NCBI GenBank assembly: GCA_964371025.1
Contig: CAYJKH010000002.1
Location: forward strand, 58,929-122,928
DNA: 64,000 bases
Source of the DNA: an uncultured Muribaculaceae bacterium
Lineage (GTDB): Bacteria > Bacillota_I > Bacilli_A > RF39 > UBA660
Reading direction: 5' to 3'
Part shown: positions 51,630 through 62,370 of the stretch, piece after piece
Numbering within the stretch: position 1 is the stretch's first letter
How the letters are laid out: every line of letters starts with the position of its first letter
Made by a program: the position numbers and the translations under genes
The notes under the pieces: generated by a model
The model's input: only the letters and a program-made list of their open reading frames with translations
Databases searched by the model: none
What the model was told of the DNA's origin: nothing

Positions 51630-53195
51630 ATGAGTAAGATTTTTGAAAATGTTAATTTAGATAATAAATATATAAAAAAAAGTAAGAAAACTATTCTAGA
51701 TATATTATTTGGAAGAGTAATATTTATTTTGTTAGCTCTTTTATTACAACTTAGTTTTTTTGTTGTTATAGTTACTTTAATTTGGGAAATATTTCCTTAT
51801 ATATTATTTATTATTTTGGGGATTCCATTTATTGTAGCAATATTTATAATATATAGTAATAAAAATCCCAATGAAAAAATTCTTTGGTTAGATTTACTAA
51901 TAGGATTACCAATCTTTGGAGTATTAATATATTTCTATATTAACAGCACATTAGGACATAATAAAACCCAAAAACAATTAATTAAAATAAAAGAAAAGAC
52001 AAAGAAGTATATAATACCTAATGCTTCTTTAGATAATATAAATAAAGAAATTAAAAACTTATCTAATTATATAAATAACTATGGTGGTTATGCAGTTTGT
52101 AATAATACAGATGTATTATATTTAGATTCAGGAGAAGAAAAATTTAAACATATTTTAAAAGAGCTAGAGAAAGCCCAAAAATTTATTTTTTTAGAGTACT
52201 TTATAATAAAAAAAGGATATATGTGGGATGAGATTTTAGAAGTCTTAAAAAGAAAAGCTAAAGAGGGAGTAGAAGTAAGAGTTTTGTATGATGGAACTTG
52301 TACTTTATATAATCTGCCTACTAGTTATGCTAAAGAGTTAGAAAGTTATTCCATTAAATGTCGAGTTTTTGAACCGATTAAATTATTTATATCATCAAAA
52401 GCTAATTTTAGAGATCATCGAAAAATATTAATAGTAGATGGTAAAGTAGCTTTTAATGGTGGAATAAATATTGCAGATGAATATATTAATATTAATAGTC
52501 CTTTTGGTCATTGGAAAGATAGTGCTGTTTTAATAAAAGGTGATGCTGTTAACTGTTTTACAAAGATGTTTTTAGAGATGTGGGATGTTAATCATAAATT
52601 ATCTAATTACTATAAGTATATTAATACAAATAATGATATAAAAAAAGAAGGATTAGTTATTCCTTTTGGAGATAGTCCTCATGACAAAGAACATGTTGGT
52701 AAAAAAGTATATTTAGATATAATTAATACTGCTAAAGAATATGTATATATAATGACACCTTATCTGATAATCGATGATGAAATCGAAAATGCTTTAATTT
52801 ACGCTAGTAAAAGAGGAGTTGATATTAAAATAATAATTCCAAGCATACCAGATAAGAAACTACCATATTTACTTGCTCAAAGTCATTTTAAAAGATTAGT
52901 TTTAAATAATGTTGAAATATATAAATATATTCCGGGATTTATTCATTCGAAAATTTTCTTATCAGATAATAATGAGGCAGTAGTGGGAACAATTAATTTA
53001 GATTATAGAAGTCTTCACCATCATTTTGAATGTGCTACTTATATGTATAAAGTAAATGCTATAAAAGATATTAAACAAGATTTTATAAAGACAATAAATG
53101 TATCTAGAAAAGTAACACCAAAAGATATTAATTCTATAAAAGTAAGTGACAAGATAAAAATGGCTATATTAAAAGTATATGCTCCATTAATGTAA
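51630..53195 (+). CDS. cls: cardiolipin synthase
   Basis: Two N-terminal TMs. Two PLD HKD motifs HRKILIVDG and HSKIFLSD. Confidence 0.92.
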   Translation: MSKIFENVNLDNKYIKKSKKTILDILFGRVIFILLALLLQLSFFVVIVTLIWEIFPYILFIILGIPFIVAIFIIYSNKNPNEKILWLDLLIGLPIFGVLIYFYINSTLGHNKTQKQLIKIKEKTKKYIIPNASLDNINKEIKNLSNYINNYGGYAVCNNTDVLYLDSGEEKFKHILKELEKAQKFIFLEYFIIKKGYMWDEILEVLKRKAKEGVEVRVLYDGTCTLYNLPTSYAKELESYSIKCRVFEPIKLFISSKANFRDHRKILIVDGKVAFNGGINIADEYININSPFGHWKDSAVLIKGDAVNCFTKMFLEMWDVNHKLSNYYKYINTNNDIKKEGLVIPFGDSPHDKEHVGKKVYLDIINTAKEYVYIMTPYLIIDDEIENALIYASKRGVDIKIIIPSIPDKKLPYLLAQSHFKRLVLNNVEIYKYIPGFIHSKIFLSDNNEAVVGTINLDYRSLHHHFECATYMYKVNAIKDIKQDFIKTINVSRKVTPKDINSIKVSDKIKMAILKVYAPLM

Positions 53196-53196
53196 A

Positions 53197-53222
53197 TAAA
53201 AAAGACTTTATAAGTCTTTTTT
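53197..53222. terminator. bidirectional terminator shared by cls and the convergent minus-strand gene
   Basis: AAGACTT-tat-AAGTCTT flanked by A5 and T7. Confidence 0.65.
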
Positions 53223-53726
53223 TAATGATCTAATTAGTGGTGAATCAGATATATATCCGTTATATACATATTCACAAGAATTATTGGAAAAGTAATCAGA
53301 TAATATCTCCATACAATGCCAATTATATTTTTTGAAAAGTGGTGATAAAGAATTTAATCTTTCATCACTGACACTGATAATAGGAGTGTTTGTATCTAAT
53401 ACCGTAAGAGACTCATCCATTAATGAAGTAGAAATTTCCTTGTAAATTTTATCTACTTTAAATATAGATATTCTTTTTTCATCACAGTTATTTTTTAAAC
53501 AAGAAACACCTACTATGTTTTTATTATCTTTTACAAATAATATATCTCTTTCATTTGTAATTATATTTTTAACTACAGTATTATAAAACCATTCTTTAGA
53601 GTTAGGATAATTATCATCTTTTATAAACATAAATATATTAGAACATAACTCTATAAATTCATCATCCTTAGTATTAATATAGTCTTTTAAACTTTCTATT
53701 TTACAATTTAATTCTTCCATCAACAT
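53208..53726 (-). CDS. hypothetical protein (possibly degenerate GNAT-like)
   Basis: RBS AGAGGG. 172 aa. No clear motif. Confidence 0.4.
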   Translation of the reverse strand: MLMEELNCKIESLKDYINTKDDEFIELCSNIFMFIKDDNYPNSKEWFYNTVVKNIITNERDILFVKDNKNIVGVSCLKNNCDEKRISIFKVDKIYKEISTSLMDESLTVLDTNTPIISVSDERLNSLSPLFKKYNWHCMEILSDYFSNNSCEYVYNGYISDSPLIRSLKKDL

Positions 53727-54008
53727 AACCCTCTTAAATATATAATAACATAAAATAAAAAAAAGAAGTAAAACTTCTTTTAAATAATTTCAAAAATAGA
53801 GGTTGCACCCCCTGAGGGCAACCTCAAAAGAATAAAAAGGGGTTGGCTAGTGTGATACTAGCTCACCAATTCGCCTTATATGTCGAACTGGTAATTAATA
53901 TACTAATCGATAGGATATATTTTGTCAAGGAAAAAGATGAAAAAATCTTTTAAATTAAAAAAAACTATTATATAATGGTATTAAGAATAAAATAAGGAGG
54001 GTGTATTT

Positions 54009-56339
54009 ATGCCAACATTAAAGAAAGAGGAACTAGTTTTAATAGATCGTTATTTTAGAGCAGTTAATTATTTATCAGTAGGACAATTATATTTATATGA
54101 TAATCCTTTGTTAAAAAGAGAGTTAACAATTAATGATATTAAACCTAATTTAGTGGGACACTGGGGGACTGCTCCTGGTCAAAATTTTATATATACTCAC
54201 CTTAATCGTATTATCAAAAAACACAATTTAAATATTTTATATATTTCTGGTCCTGGTCATGGGGGACAAGCGATGATTGCTAATAATTATTTAGATGGAA
54301 CTTATACGAAGTTTTATCCAAAAATTACCCAAGATGAAAAAGGAATGAAAAAATTATTTAAACAGTTTTCATATCCTGGCGGAGTGTCTTCCCATGTTGC
54401 GGCAGAAACTCCAGGTTCTATTCATGAAGGAGGAGAACTTGGGTATTCTCTAGCTCATGCGGCAGGGACTGTTTTAGACAATAAAGATTTAATTACAGCT
54501 TGTGTTATTGGAGATGGAGAAGCAGAAACTGGTCCTCTTGCAACTAGTTGGCATTTAAATAAATTTTTAAATCCCAAAACAGATGGAATAGTGTTACCAA
54601 TTCTACATAGAAATGGGTATAAAATTTCTAATCCGACTGTTTTTGGTAGAATGAGTAAGCAAGAGATGGAAGATTTCTTTTATGGAGTGGGTTGGAAACC
54701 TTACTTTGTAGCAGGAGATGATCCTTTAAAGATGCATGAATTAATGGCTACTACCTTAGAGAAAGTTTTAAGGGATATTAAAAATATTAAAACTAGTAAT
54801 AAAAGAATAAAGTATCCAATGATTGTATTAACTACTCCGAAGGGATGGACTGGTCCTCATATGGTTGATTCTAAAAAAATTGAGGGGACTTTTAGAGCTC
54901 ATCAAGTACCAGTAGTTATTACAAAAGATAAGTATGATCAATTACCAATTTTAGATAAGTGGTTAAAAAGTTATCATCCGGAAGAGTTATTTGATATAGA
55001 TGGTAAATTATTAAGTGATATTAAAAGTATTATTCCAAAAAGTGAAAAATGTATGGGGATGAGTCCTTATGCTAACGGAGGGTTATTATTAAAAGAAATT
55101 AAAACTCCAATCTGGGAAAATTATGCTTTAGATATTAAGAGTCCTGGTTCTTTTGAAAAACAAGATATGATGGAACTGGGTAAATATATAAGAGATGTAT
55201 TTTTACTTAATAAAGATAATAAGAACTTTAGATTATTTGGACCAGATGAAGCTATGAGTAATAAAATGAGTCATATTTTTGAAGTTGAAAAAAGAATGTG
55301 GAATTATAAAACTTTAAAAAATGATGAATTTTTAAGTCCAACTGGTAGAGTAATGGATTCTTATTTATCAGAACATTTATGCGAGGGAATGCTTGAGGGT
55401 TATTTATTAACAGGAAGACATGGTTTTTTCCATACGTATGAAGCTTTTTCACGTATAATTGATTCCATGGTAGCACAACATGCTAAATGGTTAAAAGTAT
55501 GTAAGGAATTGTCTTTTAGAAAAGATATTTCATCTTTAAATATAGTATTAACATCACATGTATTCCAACAAGATCATAATGGATATACACATCAAGAACC
55601 GGGGTTCTTAAATCATTTATCTACGAAAAAAGATGATATAGTAAATATTTATTTACCACCGGATACAAACTGTTTATTAGCAACTTTTGATAAGTGTTTA
55701 AAAACAAAAAATAAAATAAATGCTATAGTTGCTTCAAAACATCTTAGACCACAGTATTTAAATAAAGCTCATGCTAAAGTTCATGTTGAAAATGGAATAG
55801 GGGTATTTAATTTTGCATCTAATGATTTAGGAAAACCAGATATTATATTAGCTTGTTGTGGAGAGACTCCAACTTTAGAAGTTTTAGCAGCAACTAATTT
55901 GTTAAGAACAACTGTTAAAGATATTAAGATTAGAGTTATTAATGTAGTAGAGTTAATGAGATTAAAAAAAGGACATCCAAGAGGATTATCAGATATTGAG
56001 TTTAATACTTTATTTACAAAAGATGTTCCAGTAATATTTAATTTTCATGGTTATCCTAGTTTAATAAATCAATTAATTTATAATAGAGATAATAAAAATA
56101 TATTAGTAAAAGGATACGAAGAAGAAGGAACTATTACTACAACATTTGATATAAGAGTTCAAAATAAAATAGATAGATTTAATATAATGAAAGAATCACT
56201 TATGTTAATCCCTAAGTATAAATCAGTATCAGCACCTCTTTTAAAATGGTGTGATGATATGCTTAGTTATCATAATAGTTATATTAAACAATTTGGAGAA
56301 GATATTCCTTTAGTAAAAGAATGGAAATGGAATTTATAA
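54009..56339 (+). CDS. xfp: xylulose-5-phosphate/fructose-6-phosphate phosphoketolase
   Basis: 776 aa. N-terminus LSVGQLYLYDNPLL. Motifs GHWGT, EGGELGY. Confidence 0.95.
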   Translation: MPTLKKEELVLIDRYFRAVNYLSVGQLYLYDNPLLKRELTINDIKPNLVGHWGTAPGQNFIYTHLNRIIKKHNLNILYISGPGHGGQAMIANNYLDGTYTKFYPKITQDEKGMKKLFKQFSYPGGVSSHVAAETPGSIHEGGELGYSLAHAAGTVLDNKDLITACVIGDGEAETGPLATSWHLNKFLNPKTDGIVLPILHRNGYKISNPTVFGRMSKQEMEDFFYGVGWKPYFVAGDDPLKMHELMATTLEKVLRDIKNIKTSNKRIKYPMIVLTTPKGWTGPHMVDSKKIEGTFRAHQVPVVITKDKYDQLPILDKWLKSYHPEELFDIDGKLLSDIKSIIPKSEKCMGMSPYANGGLLLKEIKTPIWENYALDIKSPGSFEKQDMMELGKYIRDVFLLNKDNKNFRLFGPDEAMSNKMSHIFEVEKRMWNYKTLKNDEFLSPTGRVMDSYLSEHLCEGMLEGYLLTGRHGFFHTYEAFSRIIDSMVAQHAKWLKVCKELSFRKDISSLNIVLTSHVFQQDHNGYTHQEPGFLNHLSTKKDDIVNIYLPPDTNCLLATFDKCLKTKNKINAIVASKHLRPQYLNKAHAKVHVENGIGVFNFASNDLGKPDIILACCGETPTLEVLAATNLLRTTVKDIKIRVINVVELMRLKKGHPRGLSDIEFNTLFTKDVPVIFNFHGYPSLINQLIYNRDNKNILVKGYEEEGTITTTFDIRVQNKIDRFNIMKESLMLIPKYKSVSAPLLKWCDDMLSYHNSYIKQFGEDIPLVKEWKWNL

Positions 56340-56365
56340 GAGATGCTTAAGCATTTCTTTTTTGA

Positions 56366-58426
56366 TTGATAAAAAGTTGTTTATTTATAAAAAAAATATG
56401 TTATAATATGCAAGAAGGAAGTGATAGTGTGTCAAAACTTGCAGATATTAAAGGATTAGGGCCTAAATCGTTACTTTTACTAGAAAAGTTATCGATAAAC
56501 AATATAAATGACTTAGTAATGCATTATCCTTTTAGATACGATATGTTAGTTAGAAATACTCTACAAGAAGTTAATGATGGAGAAAAGATAGTTATTGATG
56601 GGAAGATAGAGAGTATTCCAATATTAATGAGATTTAAAACAGGTTTAAATAAAATGAATTTTAGATTAGTAACACCCTCTGGAGTAGTGGGAGTTTCTAT
56701 ATTTAATAGAGCATTTATCAAAAAAGATTTATTAGTAGGGACAACTGTTACTGTTATTGGAAAACTAGATAAGAAGAAAAATATAATAACAGCAGCTGAT
56801 ATTAAATTAGAGGGTTTATCTAATAAAGTTAAAATAGAACCAATATATCATACTACTAGTGGATTAACTAATAAAAATCTAAGAACATATATAAATATGG
56901 GATTATTAATGTTTGGTAAAGAGATAGAGGATTATATACCTAAATCATTGATTGAAAAGTATAAATTTTTAAATAAAAAGACATCTTTAAATATTATTCA
57001 TAATCCTTCAACTGAAGAAAAATTAAAAGATGTTACCATTAGATTAAAGTATGAAGAATTATTTATATTTATGTTTAAAATTAATTACTTAAAATTAATG
57101 AATAAAAAGAAAAATATCGGAGTAGTAAGAGTTATTGATAAAGATAAAGTAAATAAGTTTATAAAAAGTATTCCATTTGAATTAACAAATGATCAATTAA
57201 TTACAGTAGAAGATATCTTAAATGATTTAGAAAAAGATTATAGAATGAATAGACTATTACAAGGTGATGTTGGAAGTGGTAAAACAATAGTATCTTTTAT
57301 TGCAATGTATGCTAATTACTTATCGGGATTTCAATCAGCATTAATGGCTCCAACGGAAATATTAGCAATTCAACATTTTAATAATATTAAAAAAATTATT
57401 AAAGATAAAAATATTAATATAGAACTTTTAACAGGATCAACTCCTAAAAAAGAAAAGAGTGCTATTTATGAAAAATTAAAAAATGGGGAAGTTCATATTA
57501 TTATTGGAACTCATGCTTTAATTCAAGATGATGTAGAGTATCAAAATCTAGGGTTAGTAATAACAGATGAACAACATCGTTTTGGGGTTCATCAAAGAGC
57601 AAATCTTCATAATAAAGGTAAAAAACCAGATATATTATATATGAGTGCTACACCAATTCCTAGAACTTATGCCTTAACTATTTTTGGAGATATGGATGTT
57701 TCTACAATTAAGGAAAGACCTAAAGGAAGACAACCAATTGAGACAATGATAAAACAAAATGATGAAATAAAAGATGTTTTAGAAATAATTTATGATGAGT
57801 TAAAAGAAAAGCATCAAATTTATGTAATAGCCCCTTTAATTGAAGAAAGTGAAGTTAGTGACTTAACTAATGTAGCAGAATTAAAAGAAAAAATGTCATT
57901 AGCGTTTGGTAAAAAATATAATATTGAAATAATTCATGGAAAAATGACTAGTGTTGCAAAGGAATTAGTAATGCAATCATTTAAAGAAGGGAAAATAGAT
58001 ATATTAATTTCTACAACCGTAGTAGAAGTTGGAGTAGATGTTGAAAATGCATCCACTATAGTTATCTTTGATGCCGAAAGATTTGGACTTTCAACCCTTC
58101 ACCAATTAAGAGGAAGAGTTGGAAGAGGATCAATTAAATCAAAATGTATTTTAATAAGTGATAATAAGTCTGAAAGACTTAAAATAATGACTAATACCGA
58201 AGATGGATTTAAAATAAGTGAAGAAGACTTTAAACTAAGAGGTTCGGGAGATATATTTGGAAGTAAACAAAGTGGAGATATGTCATTTAAAATAGTTAAT
58301 ATAAAAAATGATTATAAAATATTGCTTCAAGCTAAAAAAGATTCAAAAGAATATCTCCTTGATAAAAACACAGATAATGAAGAACTAAAACAAAAACTAA
58401 TAAATTCAATGATAAAAGATTCATAA
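56366..58426 (+). CDS. recG: ATP-dependent DNA helicase RecG
   Basis: Wedge/OB N-terminal region. Helicase motifs GDVGSGKT, DEQHRFG, QLRGRVGRG. The start may be ATG 56409. Confidence 0.92.
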   Translation: MIKSCLFIKKICYNMQEGSDSVSKLADIKGLGPKSLLLLEKLSINNINDLVMHYPFRYDMLVRNTLQEVNDGEKIVIDGKIESIPILMRFKTGLNKMNFRLVTPSGVVGVSIFNRAFIKKDLLVGTTVTVIGKLDKKKNIITAADIKLEGLSNKVKIEPIYHTTSGLTNKNLRTYINMGLLMFGKEIEDYIPKSLIEKYKFLNKKTSLNIIHNPSTEEKLKDVTIRLKYEELFIFMFKINYLKLMNKKKNIGVVRVIDKDKVNKFIKSIPFELTNDQLITVEDILNDLEKDYRMNRLLQGDVGSGKTIVSFIAMYANYLSGFQSALMAPTEILAIQHFNNIKKIIKDKNINIELLTGSTPKKEKSAIYEKLKNGEVHIIIGTHALIQDDVEYQNLGLVITDEQHRFGVHQRANLHNKGKKPDILYMSATPIPRTYALTIFGDMDVSTIKERPKGRQPIETMIKQNDEIKDVLEIIYDELKEKHQIYVIAPLIEESEVSDLTNVAELKEKMSLAFGKKYNIEIIHGKMTSVAKELVMQSFKEGKIDILISTTVVEVGVDVENASTIVIFDAERFGLSTLHQLRGRVGRGSIKSKCILISDNKSERLKIMTNTEDGFKISEEDFKLRGSGDIFGSKQSGDMSFKIVNIKNDYKILLQAKKDSKEYLLDKNTDNEELKQKLINSMIKDS

Positions 58427-58495
58427 TATGTAAAATTAAAAGTAATTATTCTCAATCATATTGACAATAATTACAATTTATTCTATTATTAAGAT

Positions 58496-58592
58496 GCATG
58501 ATATATATCATGCTGATTATCTCTCACGGATTTGTGTGAGAGTATATTCAACCGAACCCCCTGAAGAGAAGACATTGTCTTCTCGTTTTTTT
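58496..58592 (+). ncRNA. candidate small RNA or cis-regulatory leader (unclassified)
   Basis: Consensus promoter TTGACA-17-TATTAT (58461-58489). Two internal hairpins. Intrinsic terminator GAGAAGACA-ttg-TGTCTTCTC + T7. No RBS-led ORF. Confidence 0.35.
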
Positions 58593-58809
58593 ATAAAGTA
58601 TAACATTTCGATTTTAATAATTAGCTCATGTACGTAAGTAAAATCGTTCACTTATTAATTTAACTATAATGAAACAGTAATTAAATTAATGAGTATAAAT
58701 AAGAGTAAATTTTTAGAATTTGTTATTTGAAAGGAAATTGAATTATGTTAAAAAAAAAATTATATTAAAATATGATATAATTTTTTTATTATAGAAAAAG
58801 AGGTTATTT

Positions 58810-59427
58810 ATGAATCAGGAAATTTTTAGTAATAGTAATAATTATTATTGTGCACATGGAACAGGGCGCTTAAATGATAGTCCTGAGATAATTAATTCAA
58901 TTTTTAAGATTGGATTAAGATGTAGTCATGGCTCTTTGGAAAATACAGTAGTTCAATATGGATCAGGCCGTGATGATCTTTTTAATGAAAAGAAAAATAG
59001 TTTTGATAACTGGGAACATATTAATTCAAAAAAAATAGTTATAATTAGTGTTCCCAAAGAATTATATATTCATTATTCTTTTAAAAAAGATTGCTCATAT
59101 AAAGCATTTGAATATATTAATGATGAAAATCAAAATGTATATTTAAGACCTGAATATGTAAGAGGGTATTATAATGCAGAAACAGAAGAATTTATAGAAA
59201 ATCCTAATTATTATGATAAGTTAGATGATAATTATCAAAGAAAATTATACGAAGAAGTAAAAACAAATTTTGCTAAAACAATTAATGAATTAGGTAGTTC
59301 CCTTGAGGAGTATAATTCTATTTATGAAAATTTCATTGAATCTCCAATTCCTTTTAGTGAAGCAGAAATAAAGTTGTATGATCAAATGTACCAAAAAAAT
59401 TCAAATGAAAAAGATTTTAGTAGATAA
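58810..59427 (+). CDS. hypothetical cytoplasmic protein
   Basis: RBS AAGAGG. Own extended -10 TGATATAAT. 205 aa. No recognisable domain. Confidence 0.45.
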   Translation: MNQEIFSNSNNYYCAHGTGRLNDSPEIINSIFKIGLRCSHGSLENTVVQYGSGRDDLFNEKKNSFDNWEHINSKKIVIISVPKELYIHYSFKKDCSYKAFEYINDENQNVYLRPEYVRGYYNAETEEFIENPNYYDKLDDNYQRKLYEEVKTNFAKTINELGSSLEEYNSIYENFIESPIPFSEAEIKLYDQMYQKNSNEKDFSR

Positions 59428-59545
59428 AAGAAGATGTTAATCTTCTTTTTTTACACTTAGATATCTTAATAAAATCTTAATAAAAAGATTATTTTATATT
59501 AATAATTATTTGCTATAATAAAAAAGACAAAGGAAGTGGAGTTTT

Positions 59546-60247
59546 ATGAATAAAATACTAGTAGTAGATGATGATAAAGAAATAGTTAAATCAATTGAAA
59601 TTTATTTAAGGCAAGAAAACTATGAAATATTTAAAGCATATGATGGAATAGAAGCATTAGAAGTAATTGATAAGAATGAAATTAATTTAGTCATATTAGA
59701 TATAATGATGCCTAATTTAGATGGAATTAGTACTGTTAATAAGATAAGAGAAAAATTAAATATACCAGTTATTTTATTATCTGCTAAAAGTGAAGATTAT
59801 GATAAAATTGAAGGTTTAAATAAAGGAGCAGATGATTATATAACAAAACCTTTTAATCCATTAGAATTAATTGCAAGAGTTAATTCTCAACTTAGAAGAT
59901 ATAATAATTTTTATAAAAAAACTAATAATGAAGAAATATATAGAAGTGGGGATTTAATTATCAATAATTTAACAAAAGAAATTAGTGTGTTAGATAAAAA
60001 AATTAAATTAACTCCAACTGAATATAATATTTTATTATTTTTATTAAAAAATAAAGGAAAAGTATATTCAATGGACCAAATATATAGTGAAATATCATCA
60101 AGTGATAGTTATGATATATCTAATATAATAGCAGTTCATATTAGACATATTAGAGAAAAAATAGAAGTTAATCCAAAAAACCCAATCTATTTAAAAATAA
60201 TTTGGGGAGTAGGATATAAAATAGAAGATATAAAGGAGAAATTATGA
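59546..60247 (+). CDS. OmpR-family response regulator
   Basis: Receiver ILVVDDD...DIMMP...KPF plus winged-helix C-terminal domain. Confidence 0.9.
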   Translation: MNKILVVDDDKEIVKSIEIYLRQENYEIFKAYDGIEALEVIDKNEINLVILDIMMPNLDGISTVNKIREKLNIPVILLSAKSEDYDKIEGLNKGADDYITKPFNPLELIARVNSQLRRYNNFYKKTNNEEIYRSGDLIINNLTKEISVLDKKIKLTPTEYNILLFLLKNKGKVYSMDQIYSEISSSDSYDISNIIAVHIRHIREKIEVNPKNPIYLKIIWGVGYKIEDIKEKL

Positions 60248-62193
60248 AAAATAAAAATACAAAATGGATCTTATTTAGGTGGTTAGGATATATATTAATA
60301 CCTGTTTTAATATTTATAATAACTCTTAATGGAGCAGTAATATATACTGTTTCTAATAACTCATTAGATGATTTTGATGATAATAATTATTATGAATCAG
60401 ATTTCTTTTTAGATCAGTTAGAAAGTGATTTGAAAAATATGGTGATTGAGGCAAATAATACAGTAATTACAGATGATTATTCTCATTATTCTTCACATGG
60501 AGTTATTGATATTAATGGAGAAAAATATGAAATAATAAATAGTTATTTGAACGAATATCAAGATTTTGATTTTATTTATGTTGATAATGTTGCTAAAGAA
60601 ATAAATATTAATAAATTAGATGTAAATATTAAAGAGATAATTGAAGATGAATCATTAGGAGATTATTATTATACTGATATTGATAATGTTATTACATCTA
60701 CAATTGGAGATTATGATGTAAAAGATATCGTAATAAACTATGGAATTTTAAATCAATATAATTTTGAAAATCTAGAAAATGCCGATTTTTATTATTCATA
60801 TGATAATATAGAATATACATCAACTACAAGTTTAGAGAGCATCTGGTATAATATTGTAAAAGGAAGCTATAAATATGCAGTTTTAAATATTTGTATAGCA
60901 GCTTTATTATTACTTACACTGACTATACTAATGTTTATAGGAATTGGAAAAAATAGAGAAAATGATGATATTAAGTTAAATAAATTTGATAATATTCCGT
61001 TCGAATTAATCGTATTTGCGGGAATGATGCCACTGTTTATTGGGATAAACTCTATGGATGATCATATTGTAATAACTACTGTTATGTTAAGTATTCTATA
61101 TATTATATGGTTAAATATTCTAATTACATTTATAAAAAGGATTAAAGCTAGTAGTTTATTAAAAAGTACTTTAATATATAAATCAATTATTCTTATGAAA
61201 AGTATATTTACAAAAGTACGTGAAAATGTAAAAATAACTGCTATAATAGTGGGATTTGTATTTATAAATTTCTTCTTAATAGTAACCGAGTATCATCCGT
61301 TTATAATGTTAATTTATATAGCAGTATTAATAGGAATTGGTATTTATGTATATAAAAGATACTTTATGTTAAAAAATATAAAACAATTGATTAATGATAT
61401 ATATGAAAATAAAACATATACTATAAAAAAAGAAGATTATACAGAAGATTTTTATGAGGTAGTAGAAAAACTAGATAAAATATCAAATGGATTTAATGAA
61501 GCACTAGAATCAAAACTAGTAAGTGAAAGAATGAAGAGTGAACTTATTACTAATGTATCACATGATATTAAAACTCCACTAACTTCCATTATTAATTACA
61601 TAGATTTATTGCAAAAAGAAAAAATAGAAGATAAGAAAATAAATGAATATATAAATATTTTAAGTATTAAAGCAGATAGGTTAAAAAAATTAACTGAAGA
61701 TTTAGTAGAATTATCAAAAGCAAGTTCAGGAAACTTAAAAATAGGGTTTAGTAAAATAAATATAAATGAATTATTAAACCAATTAAATGGGGAATATGAT
61801 GAAAAAATAAAAACATCTAAATTAGAGATAGATTATGAGAATAATAAAAATATATTTATTAAAGCAGATACTAAATATATATACCGTGTATTTGACAATA
61901 TATATAGTAATATAGTTAAATATTCTATGAAAAATACAAGAGTTTATCTAGATATTAAAGAAGCTGATAATGAAGTTATTATTTCAATAAAAAATATTTC
62001 TAAAGAAAAATTAAATATATCAAAAGAAGAGTTAATCCAAAGATTTGTAAGAGGAGACTCTTCAAGAAGTGAACAAGGGAGTGGATTAGGGTTATCTATA
62101 GTTGATAACTTAGTAAAACTCCAAGAAGGTAATTTTGATATTACGATCGATGGTGATTTATTTAAAGTGATAATTACATTTAAGAAGTGGTAA
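60244..62193 (+). CDS. sensor histidine kinase with large extracytoplasmic N-terminal domain
   Basis: Two TMs flank a domain of about 190 aa. H-box SHDIKTPLTSI. G-box GSGLGLSIV. Overlaps RR stop. Confidence 0.88.
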   Translation: MKNKNTKWILFRWLGYILIPVLIFIITLNGAVIYTVSNNSLDDFDDNNYYESDFFLDQLESDLKNMVIEANNTVITDDYSHYSSHGVIDINGEKYEIINSYLNEYQDFDFIYVDNVAKEININKLDVNIKEIIEDESLGDYYYTDIDNVITSTIGDYDVKDIVINYGILNQYNFENLENADFYYSYDNIEYTSTTSLESIWYNIVKGSYKYAVLNICIAALLLLTLTILMFIGIGKNRENDDIKLNKFDNIPFELIVFAGMMPLFIGINSMDDHIVITTVMLSILYIIWLNILITFIKRIKASSLLKSTLIYKSIILMKSIFTKVRENVKITAIIVGFVFINFFLIVTEYHPFIMLIYIAVLIGIGIYVYKRYFMLKNIKQLINDIYENKTYTIKKEDYTEDFYEVVEKLDKISNGFNEALESKLVSERMKSELITNVSHDIKTPLTSIINYIDLLQKEKIEDKKINEYINILSIKADRLKKLTEDLVELSKASSGNLKIGFSKININELLNQLNGEYDEKIKTSKLEIDYENNKNIFIKADTKYIYRVFDNIYSNIVKYSMKNTRVYLDIKEADNEVIISIKNISKEKLNISKEELIQRFVRGDSSRSEQGSGLGLSIVDNLVKLQEGNFDITIDGDLFKVIITFKKW

Positions 62194-62370
62194 AATAAAA
62201 AGTTTATCGCTTTTTTATTTTAAATAACAAAGTAAAAAAAGTGTAATTACAAATAAAATAAATAAAAAAGACTTTATATATGAAAAAATAGTTAAAGTAG
62301 ACTAAGAGTGTAAAAACTCTTTTTTATATGCTATAATTAATTTATAAATATAGTTATTTCAGAGGGGAAA

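Noticed and set aside
58496-58592. Guanidine-II (mini-ykkC) or preQ1 riboswitch assignment for the sRNA candidate
   Set aside because: The hairpin loops lack the paired ACGR tetraloops. The size and sequence do not match preQ1-I. It is left unclassified.
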